A stretch of DNA of 64,000 nt. Origin: Candidatus Kerfeldbacteria bacterium CG15_BIG_FIL_POST_REV_8_21_14_020_45_12 (GTDB lineage: Bacteria > Patescibacteriota > Patescibacteriia > UBA9570 > XYC2-FULL-38-9). The stretch is taken from assembly GCA_002781785.1 (NCBI GenBank), contig PFGC01000037.1, positions 13,589 to 77,588 on the forward strand, written 5' to 3'. A program made the position numbers and the translations under genes. How positions within the stretch are numbered: the stretch's first letter is position 1; each line of letters starts with the position of its first letter. The notes under the pieces were generated by a model, which did no database searches, had not been told where the DNA came from, and worked only from the letters and a program-made list of their open reading frames with translations. Positions 56,513 to 64,000 of the stretch are shown here, in pieces.

Positions 56513-57877
56513 ATGAGACGTAAAACACAAGGAATATTGGTCACAGCAGTTGGAATTGGTTGTCTATGGGCATCGGCTGCTCTAGCGCTGAACTGGCCAG
56601 CCACAAGTGCTACTTTAGTTGGAAGTGCTAATTCACTTGGTGCTGGATATGAACCTAGTGGTATTGTCGCTTTAGCAGATGGACGAGTGGCTATGGTTGG
56701 AGATGATGGTGATGTAACTTTGATGTCTCAAGAAGGGCAGATTATAGGCAATTGGTCGCCAGGTGGAGATTTGGAAGGCATCACTGAAATTGGCGATGGT
56801 TACGTTTATGTAGCGGTTGAGCACCCAGATACCATTAAACAATTTAATTTATCAACTGGTCAGTTTACAGGTAAGTCTTGGGATTTAACTGGCTGGTTGA
56901 AGGGTAGTGACAATCTCGGCATGGAGGCACTGACCTTTGTGCCAAATGGTCATCATCCTTATGTCTCAGGTTTGGCAGGAGGATTGTTTTACGCTGGCCT
57001 GCAAGCAGACGGAAAGATTTATGTTATTAATGTTGATCTAACGACAACCAACGCGGCTGAATTAGTTGATGTGATAGATTTGGGTAAAACTTCTGATATC
57101 TCCGGACTTGATTTTGATGTTGACACTGGCTTGATGTATGCCTTGTATGATGGGTACAACGAGTTGTTAGAGGCGACTCCAGCTGGTGAGATTTTAAAAA
57201 CCTATTCTGTAGTTGGTAATGATCAAGAGGGTATTGCTTTGGTGCCAAATTGTGAAACGGGGACAGCTTCGGTATTTATCGCTGAGGATGTGGGTCCAGA
57301 AGTATGGAGATATAGCCCATATCCAATCACTTGCCAAGTGGAAGTCCCTCCGGTAGTTGAGGAGCCTCCAATTGAAGAGGTTCCACCAGTTGTGGAGACG
57401 CCTCCAGTAGTTGAGGATCCAGCTCCAGTTGAACCACCAGTTGCTGATCCGGTGCCCAGCGAAACTCCTCCCGCTGATGAAGTTCCGCCAACTACTGAGG
57501 TTCCTGACGAGCCGGTGCCAACCGAAGAGCCTGCACCTACTGCGCCAGTAGAGGATGGTAGTGGTGACGGTGTATCTGAAACAGAGACACCTGTGGTAGA
57601 TCCGCCAGTTGTACCGGAAGATTTTCGTAAACATCACATTAAGCCGCGTAAAGTTAAGGTGCGCTGGAGTGATGTAGCTGATCGATACGAATTGGACTTG
57701 TATACCAAAGGTCGTGGCAAATTGGTCACAAGGTTCACTGGTCTAAATGAAGCAAAAAAAGTCATTGGTAAAAAATATTTGAAGTCGGATAGAAAATACT
57801 GGATCAGAGCCAGGGCTTGCAATGAGGCTGGCTGTTCAGAATATACTCCATATATTAAAATCAAGAATGGTAAATAA
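56513..57877 (+). CDS. Secreted beta-propeller-like protein with a Pro-rich linker and C-terminal FN3-like domain
   Basis: Signal peptide; Gly/Asp-rich repeat domain; ~90-aa PPVVE/PAPVE linker; C-terminal module (KVKVRWSDVADRYELDLYTKG...YWIRARACNEAGCSEYTP) resembling the C-terminus of the 21488 protein. Confidence 0.5.
   Translation: MRRKTQGILVTAVGIGCLWASAALALNWPATSATLVGSANSLGAGYEPSGIVALADGRVAMVGDDGDVTLMSQEGQIIGNWSPGGDLEGITEIGDGYVYVAVEHPDTIKQFNLSTGQFTGKSWDLTGWLKGSDNLGMEALTFVPNGHHPYVSGLAGGLFYAGLQADGKIYVINVDLTTTNAAELVDVIDLGKTSDISGLDFDVDTGLMYALYDGYNELLEATPAGEILKTYSVVGNDQEGIALVPNCETGTASVFIAEDVGPEVWRYSPYPITCQVEVPPVVEEPPIEEVPPVVETPPVVEDPAPVEPPVADPVPSETPPADEVPPTTEVPDEPVPTEEPAPTAPVEDGSGDGVSETETPVVDPPVVPEDFRKHHIKPRKVKVRWSDVADRYELDLYTKGRGKLVTRFTGLNEAKKVIGKKYLKSDRKYWIRARACNEAGCSEYTPYIKIKNGK
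57350..57620 (+). repeat. Degenerate tandem Pro-rich repeats (PPVVE/EVPP-type) encoding a linker
   Basis: Reiterated ccaccagttgt/ggagcctcc units within the 56513 CDS. Confidence 0.5.
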
Positions 57878-57904
57878 GTGTTTATTTCTTGATCTATAAA
57901 TCAT

Positions 57905-58492
57905 ATGAGAAAAAATCTACTTTGGTCGGTTCCAATTATTGCGCTGGTACTGCTAGGAGCTGGTTGCGGTGAAAGTTTAGGTAAGAAGGTAGACGATCAG
58001 GTTGATTCAGCTCAAGCAACTGCTTCCGACAAGATTGCCCAGGAAGCGGCTGAGAGAGCCATGGAAAAAGAGCTTGAGAAAAATGGTCAAGATGGCAACG
58101 TGGACGTCGATGATAAATCAATCAGTATAACTACGGGTGAGGGAGAGTTTGCTATCGGTGAGAACGTGGCATTGCCGTCAGGTTTCCCAAGTGAAATTCC
58201 AATCTATAATGGTAGTAAGATTTCGACTGCCTCAGCTAGCTCAGAAACCAAAGAGTACTCTGCCTCATTAAATACGGAAGATACTTATGAAGATGTAGTA
58301 TCATTTTACAAAGATGCTTTGAATAGTAACGGCTGGACTCTAGGAGACACTAATACAGCTGATTTGAATGGTAGTGGTTTTACACACCTGGAAGCGACCG
58401 GCCATGATCTGTCGCTTAATGTTACAGTCACAAGTGGAGTCAGCTTTGGTGATGGTAAGATTCAGATTTTGCTTGCCACTGAAGCGAAGTAA
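57905..58492 (+). CDS. Lipoprotein, hypothetical
   Basis: Lipobox LLGAGC after the signal peptide; Ser/Thr/Asp-rich. Confidence 0.5.
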   Translation: MRKNLLWSVPIIALVLLGAGCGESLGKKVDDQVDSAQATASDKIAQEAAERAMEKELEKNGQDGNVDVDDKSISITTGEGEFAIGENVALPSGFPSEIPIYNGSKISTASASSETKEYSASLNTEDTYEDVVSFYKDALNSNGWTLGDTNTADLNGSGFTHLEATGHDLSLNVTVTSGVSFGDGKIQILLATEAK

Positions 58493-58503
58493 GATTATTT
58501 TAT

Positions 58504-58535
58504 AAAAACGCCCGCGAGCTGCGGGTGTTTTTATT
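58504..58535. terminator. Bidirectional rho-independent terminator
   Basis: AAAAACGCCCGC-gagct-GCGGGTGTTTTT between convergent genes. Confidence 0.8.
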
Positions 58536-59661
58536 TGCGTTCCAGTTTAGTGACAAGCTCGACGTGGGGTGTATGAGGAAACATATCGACCGCTCGCATA
58601 GCTGATACTTTATAATAATCCTGCAACTGCACCATTTCGCGAGCGAAGTTTTTATAGTTACATGATACATAGACAATGGTAGCCGGTGCTGCCGAAATAA
58701 CATCAGCTAGAGCTTTATCGTGCATGCCGCTGCGTGGAGGATCAAGAATAACCGTATCGGCACCCAGGTCCTTCCAATTAAAACTTTCAGTTTTGGCATC
58801 GTGCCACTCGGCGGTGACGCCATTTAAGGTGGCGTTAATTTTGGCGTCGGCGATGGCTTCTGGTACTAACTCTACTCCAATGGTTCGGTTGGTTTTAGCG
58901 GCCAAAGAAACGCCAAAAAAACCACTGCCACAGTATAGATCAAGCAGAGTTTGATTAGTTAGGTCACCTGCAAATTCAGTGACGGTAGATTGTAATAAAG
59001 CAGCAGCGTGGGGGTTGGTTTGAAAAAAAGCGTTTGGGGTAATACGAAAGGTAAATCCACCAATGCTTTCTTCAATGAATCCAGGACCAGACATGGTTTC
59101 CATTTTATCGCCAAAGGAGACATCAGTGATGGTTGAGTTAACTGACCAAATGATGGTAGTAGCATTACAATTATTAGATAGGGCTACTAAGGCTGCTCGC
59201 GTGGCCTGTTCTTCTATCTCGTCTGTGGGGGCGCTGGTCACAATATTTATCATGGTTTGTCCTAAGGTGCTCGAGCGGACAACCGCGTAACGTAAGAGTC
59301 CTTGATGGGCTTTGCGGTCAAAGAAAGTTAGACCACTGTCTGCCGTCCAGGCTTTGATTGCCACAAACAAATTTTCTATTTGGGTGTCGGCTAGAAAACA
59401 GTGATGACCATCTATTACCTTCCACCACTTTCCTTTTTGACGCATGCCGACGCGACCTTCGAAATCGATAACAAAGTCCATGCGATTACGGTAGTGCTCA
59501 GTCTTGGGAGAGGGGAGTATCTCTGTGCAGGTAAAATCTAATGCCTTCAACCGAAAAGATCCGTTAATGTCGGAGATCTTTTGTTGCAATTGTTTGTCAT
59601 AAGGTATGTGTGACCAGCCACAAGAGCCGCAGACATCTGGATTGGGACATAATGTAGACAT
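58531..59661 (-). CDS. rlmD: 23S rRNA (uracil-5)-methyltransferase RlmD/RumA family
   Basis: N-terminal 4-Cys cluster (CPNPDVCGSCGW), TRAM domain, SAM fold (LDLYCGSGFFG), C-terminal VDMFPHTPHVE. ATG at 59661. Confidence 0.8.
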   Translation of the reverse strand: MSTLCPNPDVCGSCGWSHIPYDKQLQQKISDINGSFRLKALDFTCTEILPSPKTEHYRNRMDFVIDFEGRVGMRQKGKWWKVIDGHHCFLADTQIENLFVAIKAWTADSGLTFFDRKAHQGLLRYAVVRSSTLGQTMINIVTSAPTDEIEEQATRAALVALSNNCNATTIIWSVNSTITDVSFGDKMETMSGPGFIEESIGGFTFRITPNAFFQTNPHAAALLQSTVTEFAGDLTNQTLLDLYCGSGFFGVSLAAKTNRTIGVELVPEAIADAKINATLNGVTAEWHDAKTESFNWKDLGADTVILDPPRSGMHDKALADVISAAPATIVYVSCNYKNFAREMVQLQDYYKVSAMRAVDMFPHTPHVELVTKLERK

Positions 59662-59760
59662 GACGTTCAGTGTACGGCAATTCTTTGGTTCAAACAATAG
59701 CCTTGCTGAAAAGTACTTTTTGTGGTACAATATTATAAATTAGTTCTTCTGATTCAAAGA

Positions 59761-61782
59761 ATGGAGTCTCGAACAAAAAAAACAATTGGATTAGTATCGC
59801 TATTAGTTTTGCTCATTGGAGCTACAGCCGTAGTCTGGTATTTAATATTATGGCCAAGGTATTTTGCGCCGGTTACTCAAGTTTCAGTTCAGCCTCAAGG
59901 TCAGCAGCAACAGCCGAGTAAAATAAAACCGGACTCAGCGGTAGTAGAAACAACTTCGAATGGTTTGATCAGCGTTGTTTCGGCAGAGGATTTAGCTGAT
60001 TATTTTGCTAGTAGTAACCTCAGCTATGGAGTTGGCGTGCTCCGGAGTGCTTCGGGAGTTGCCGAGACTGATGCTGCCTCAACTGAAACAATTGGTTTCG
60101 GTAGCTCTGATCAGACTGAGCGTTATTCAGAGACCAACGTGCAGGTTTCTGGAATAGACGAGCCTGACATTGTTAAAACAGATGGGGAACAATTATATAT
60201 CGCTCCAGATATTTTATACAGATATGCTTTTTCAAGTGATGTGTCGGAAAACCCCAAGGGAGGGGACGGACAGCAGTTGTCAAAAACAACTATCGTAGAT
60301 GCCTTGCCGGTAGAAGATATCTCTGTACTAGGAAATATAGATGAAGCAGCAACTGATTTATTGTTACACGATGATACCCTAATAGTTTTTTCAGATAGTG
60401 CTGTTACCGGATATGATGTTAAAACTTCAAGTGCGCCCAAGGACTTATGGTCATTGGCTCTAAATCAGGATCAATACTCTAGTGTGGTGATGGCGCGACT
60501 ATATAACGATAATTTGTATTTGGTGACAGTTACTTATCCAGATTCCGCGTTGCCTTGTCCATACGCGCCGTTGAGCACTGCAGCTTTTGATATTGAAATT
60601 TCATGTAGTGACATTTTACGTCCTCAGGCGACAACGGATAGTCGGGGTATTTATACAGTTTTAGTTATTAATCCAGGTACGGGAGAGGTTCAAGCTCAAG
60701 CCGCTTTGGCTGTCGAGAGCTATCAATCCGTCATGACAATGTTTGATGGAGGAATCTACCTGACTTACGTAGAACAGCCTGACCAGTTCTTGGTGTATAG
60801 AGATTTTTTTGCCAACGAAGGAGCGACCTTGATTGATGATGGTTTTACTGCACGTCTGGAAGAAATTGATAGCTACGATATTCATTCGGATAGTAAATTG
60901 ACGGAGTTGTACTATGAAATTCAAAAGCTTGATAGCTCTGCTGATATTGATCAGAATACTGGATTATCAGCCTTTGATTTAGCCTGGACTAAATATCAAG
61001 AAAGCCATGCCCGCGATTTAGAAAAAACTACAATCGTTAGAATGGCTTTGGATGATTTATCGATTGAAGCCACCGGCCAAGTGCCAGGGGATTTGTTAAA
61101 TCAATTTTCAATTGATGAGAGTGACGGATTTCTGAGGTTAGCAACTACTATCCATGGACCAAGCAATGACACTTCGGTGAATGATTTGTATGTGTTAGAT
61201 GAAAATCTTGCAATTGTTGGATCGGTGGCAGACCTAGGAGCGGGAGAGCGAATATATTCAGCTCGTTTCGTTGGAGCTGCTGGTTATATAGTAACTTATC
61301 GAGAGACTGATCCGTTCTTTGTATTTGATCTTTCAAATCCAGAGTTACCTAAGGTGGTGGGAGAGCTTAAGATTCCTGGTTATTCATCTTATCTACACCC
61401 GGTCGATGACGTGTCGGTTTTGGGAGTTGGTAAGAACGAGAAAGGAAAAATAAAATTATCTTGGTTTGACGTGACAGATCCAACAACGCCGGTTGAATCT
61501 AGTAAAGCAGTTATTGAGGAAGATTGGTCAGGCGTTCTTTCAACGCATCATGCTTTCTTACTTGATTCGGTACACTCTGTATTCTTTATACCAGCGGGAG
61601 ATAATGGATATGTTTATAGCTATGCAGGAGGCCTTCTTAAGCAAGTGCAAGAAGTGATTGACATCAAGGCCCGCCGTGCTGTTTATATTAATGATTATTT
61701 ATATATCATCGGAAGCAACTCAGTTGTAGTGCTGGATGAAAGCACTTGGAAAATAGTTGCTACCCTTAATTTAACGAAGTAA
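59761..61782 (+). CDS. Secreted beta-propeller-domain protein (COG4880-like)
   Basis: N-terminal TM anchor, ~650-aa extracytoplasmic domain. Extended -10 promoter TGGTACAAT at 59723-59731. Confidence 0.45.
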   Translation: MESRTKKTIGLVSLLVLLIGATAVVWYLILWPRYFAPVTQVSVQPQGQQQQPSKIKPDSAVVETTSNGLISVVSAEDLADYFASSNLSYGVGVLRSASGVAETDAASTETIGFGSSDQTERYSETNVQVSGIDEPDIVKTDGEQLYIAPDILYRYAFSSDVSENPKGGDGQQLSKTTIVDALPVEDISVLGNIDEAATDLLLHDDTLIVFSDSAVTGYDVKTSSAPKDLWSLALNQDQYSSVVMARLYNDNLYLVTVTYPDSALPCPYAPLSTAAFDIEISCSDILRPQATTDSRGIYTVLVINPGTGEVQAQAALAVESYQSVMTMFDGGIYLTYVEQPDQFLVYRDFFANEGATLIDDGFTARLEEIDSYDIHSDSKLTELYYEIQKLDSSADIDQNTGLSAFDLAWTKYQESHARDLEKTTIVRMALDDLSIEATGQVPGDLLNQFSIDESDGFLRLATTIHGPSNDTSVNDLYVLDENLAIVGSVADLGAGERIYSARFVGAAGYIVTYRETDPFFVFDLSNPELPKVVGELKIPGYSSYLHPVDDVSVLGVGKNEKGKIKLSWFDVTDPTTPVESSKAVIEEDWSGVLSTHHAFLLDSVHSVFFIPAGDNGYVYSYAGGLLKQVQEVIDIKARRAVYINDYLYIIGSNSVVVLDESTWKIVATLNLTK

Positions 61783-61792
61783 TAAATTCACT

Positions 61793-62968
61793 ATGGCATT
61801 TAGAGTAAGAAAAGAAGGGGGAGTAGGATCTAGTATTGCGGGTATGTTATTTGGTATTTTAATGATTGTTTTTGGAGCCCCTATTGCAGCTTGGTATGCT
61901 GAGTCTCAACATAGTGCCGAAGATTTTACTTCAGCTACAGTAGTTGAATCTAATACAGAGGCAGAAGGATACATAGTGGTGAAAGATATAGCGGTGTCTC
62001 AGGATGACCTTCTGTGCCCGTATCTGGGATTGAACGGATATGTAGCTGACGCTTCTGATGTAGAAGAATCTGGAAGCGGAGAAAGTGACGTTGCTGTTGT
62101 TTCAGAAAATGAATCTGCTATCCCAGCTCAAGATTCAAATAAATCTTGCTTATATGTAAGCACGACACAGGAACAGTATGAGCGTTCCGAGTACGAGCAC
62201 TGTGGAAAATTATCAAACGATCAAACTGTCATTAGACAACTTGATGATGTTTGTGACTCTAACGGAACTAATTGTGAGTCATGTTATTTAGTCGAGGAGT
62301 ACGATTGGTCTGATGTCGATGAAGGTGTGAGAACTGATTTTGGAGCATTTACGCTGGGAGATTACAACATTGATCCAGAAGATACGCCACGCTTTATTGG
62401 TCTTGAGAAGCTTGTTGAATACGAATTTTTAGAATCAAAAAATGATCCTGTAGAAGGAGACTTCCGCTGGAGCTATGAATTTTTTCCAACCGACCAAGAT
62501 GTATTAGTTGCTGGTAGTTCTGAAAAGAATGAGATTCGTGGAGCCTACGATGGTAAGCCATTTGTGATTTCAAACCTGGCCTATCAAGGAACTCTTGAAG
62601 CAATGCAGCAAAAAGATAAAACTGCTAAGTGGGGATTGAGAATTCTATCCCTCGGCTTTATGGTGTTTGGTATGATCTTGGTGACTGGTCCTCTGACTAT
62701 GTTTACCAATATATTTAGAGCCATCCCAATGGTTGGTAAGTACATGGACAAGGGGCTAGATGCCGTAGTTGGTTTTATAGCTGCCATCATGGGCTTCTTC
62801 TTCTGGGTGATACTTTACGGTATTGTCTTGGTATTAAAAAATATTGTCGCAATTATTATAGTTTTGGCACTGATTGGTGTGGCGATATTTTTCCTTGCAA
62901 AGCGAGGTAAAAAAGAAGATGGGGGAATCCCGCCAGCTTCGCCACCGCAAACACCAGTTTCTTCATAA
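61793..62968 (+). CDS. Hypothetical membrane protein (N-terminal TM + C-terminal 3 TM)
   Basis: Acidic extracytoplasmic middle domain containing cysteines; terminator AGGCGC-aattaaa-GCGCCT at 62995-63028. Confidence 0.4.
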   Translation: MAFRVRKEGGVGSSIAGMLFGILMIVFGAPIAAWYAESQHSAEDFTSATVVESNTEAEGYIVVKDIAVSQDDLLCPYLGLNGYVADASDVEESGSGESDVAVVSENESAIPAQDSNKSCLYVSTTQEQYERSEYEHCGKLSNDQTVIRQLDDVCDSNGTNCESCYLVEEYDWSDVDEGVRTDFGAFTLGDYNIDPEDTPRFIGLEKLVEYEFLESKNDPVEGDFRWSYEFFPTDQDVLVAGSSEKNEIRGAYDGKPFVISNLAYQGTLEAMQQKDKTAKWGLRILSLGFMVFGMILVTGPLTMFTNIFRAIPMVGKYMDKGLDAVVGFIAAIMGFFFWVILYGIVLVLKNIVAIIIVLALIGVAIFFLAKRGKKEDGGIPPASPPQTPVSS

Positions 62969-63022
62969 AGCCACGAGTAACAAAAAAGTGAAAATAAAAT
63001 AGGCGCAATTAAAGCGCCTATT

Positions 63023-63385
63023 TTATTTGTCTGCAAGAGCTTTGGTAATTGCTTGTACCGGAAGCAGGGCGCACTTTAGGCGAGTGGGTCCAAGTTCAAT
63101 GCCTAATAGATCAATAACGTCGTCAGGAGTAAGCTGTTTAGCTTTGGTAATTGCTTGTCCGGTAATATCTTCTGTGAGCATTGATGCAGCGGCTTGGCTG
63201 ATGGCGCATCCTTCACCAGTAAACATCACTTCTGCCACTTTTCCGTCGGCCAGTTTGAAAGAAAAAATTAGCTCGTCACCACAGGAACTATTTCGTTCCG
63301 TCTGGATGATGTCAGGATTCTCAACGCTACCGCTGTTTCTAGGGTGGCGATAGTGGTCTAAAATTTCTTCTTGGTAGATATCCAT
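63023..63385 (-). CDS. sufU: Fe-S cluster assembly scaffold SufU (NifU N-terminal family)
   Basis: 120 aa; NSSCGDEL, GEGCAIS and LKCALLP cysteine motifs. Confidence 0.85.
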   Translation of the reverse strand: MDIYQEEILDHYRHPRNSGSVENPDIIQTERNSSCGDELIFSFKLADGKVAEVMFTGEGCAISQAAASMLTEDITGQAITKAKQLTPDDVIDLLGIELGPTRLKCALLPVQAITKALADK

Positions 63386-63386
63386 T

Positions 63387-64000
63387 TTATGTCAGTAACT
63401 GTTGGGCTTTTTTGATACCATTGAGTAGAGCAGTAATATCTTCGCTGGTATTGTAAAAATATAAACTAGCACGAGTGGTAGAGGGGACTCCCCATTTCTG
63501 AAGCAGAGGCTGCGCACAGTGGTGACCAGCTCTGACGGCTACCTGACTTTCATCCAAAATAGATGCTACGTCATGGGCATGTACTCCGGCTACTGTAAAA
63601 GATACGATGCTAGTGCGGGCGGCTCGGTCTTTAGGTCCAAAGCTTGTAACTCCTTCAGCAGATTGAATGCCTTGCCAGAGCTCATTATAAAGTTCATCAA
63701 CTCGAGCATGAATAGCATCAAGGCCAATGTTTTGAAGGTATTTAATAGCGGTCCCTAATCCAATAACACCAGCAATATTGGGTGTGCCTGGCTCGTGCTT
63801 GGCAGGCAGAGCGGCCCAGGTTGATCGCTCTAAGGTAACTTTATCAATCATGCTCCCACCGCCGTAGACAGGTTCCAGCCGGTTTAGTAAATCGCGCTGG
63901 CCATATAATACGCCCACGCCAGTTGGTCCACATAATTTGTGTCCCGAGAAAGCTAGCATATCAGCTCCGAGGTCCTGAACATTGATGGGTTGGTGTGGAG
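63387..64000 (-). CDS. sufS: Cysteine desulfurase SufS, C-terminal part (gene continues past the window end)
   Basis: HKLCGPTGVGVLYG and RAGHHCAQP motifs. The ORF is open to the window edge. Confidence 0.85.
   Translation of the reverse strand, partial: PHQPINVQDLGADMLAFSGHKLCGPTGVGVLYGQRDLLNRLEPVYGGGSMIDKVTLERSTWAALPAKHEPGTPNIAGVIGLGTAIKYLQNIGLDAIHARVDELYNELWQGIQSAEGVTSFGPKDRAARTSIVSFTVAGVHAHDVASILDESQVAVRAGHHCAQPLLQKWGVPSTTRASLYFYNTSEDITALLNGIKKAQQLLT

Noticed and set aside
57194-57637. 147-aa Trp/Arg-rich minus-strand ORF
   Set aside because: Antisense translation of the Pro-rich linker repeats (CCA/CCT codons read as TGG/AGG).
1-64000. CRISPR arrays, rRNA genes, transposases or integrases
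   Set aside because: No regularly spaced direct repeats, no rRNA-like conserved blocks, and no DDE or tyrosine-recombinase ORFs were seen. The tRNA-adjacent island lacks an integrase and a tRNA 3'-end direct repeat.

Overview
Low-GC (~40-45%) bacterial chromosome segment with streamlined, CPR-like content (Saccharibacteria/Parcubacteria-type) and the standard genetic code. It opens with the 3' end of the S10/spc ribosomal-protein operon: rpsC' through rplO, then secY, adk and map. L30 is absent between S5 and L15, and the infA/rpmJ/rpsM/alpha block after map is missing. Housekeeping genes follow: ruvX, a GT4 transferase, rplU, recR-ybaB-dnaB on the minus strand, tRNA-Lys, a P-type Ca/Mg ATPase, asnS and a short archaeal-type aspS, scpA/scpB, rluB, a DacA-like carboxypeptidase, gap, tRNA-Glu, zwf, an ABC exporter, nifS plus ferredoxin, the CIRCE-controlled hrcA-grpE-dnaK-dnaJ operon, dus, cysS, corA, a membrane-anchored VirB4/HerA-like ATPase, dnaX, tRNA-Gln, a CaCA exchanger/NOX-like ferric reductase/cytochrome-b5 membrane cluster, rlmD, and sufU-sufS'. 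The most unusual signal is four sharply GC-rich (~60-68%) islands embedded in this AT-rich backbone: a Crp/Fnr regulator directly after tRNA-Glu, a tiny ORF, a 177-aa unknown protein just upstream of the hrcA CIRCE, and a ~3 kb block. The large block (38.9-41.9 kb) carries three tandem paralogous unknown genes on the minus strand, each with its own AT-rich sigma70-like promoter, GGAGG ribosome-binding site and terminator, plus a ~280-nt GC-rich structured candidate ncRNA that also has its own promoter. I consider this block the best candidate for an undescribed or foreign system. No transposase, integrase, CRISPR or rRNA was seen.
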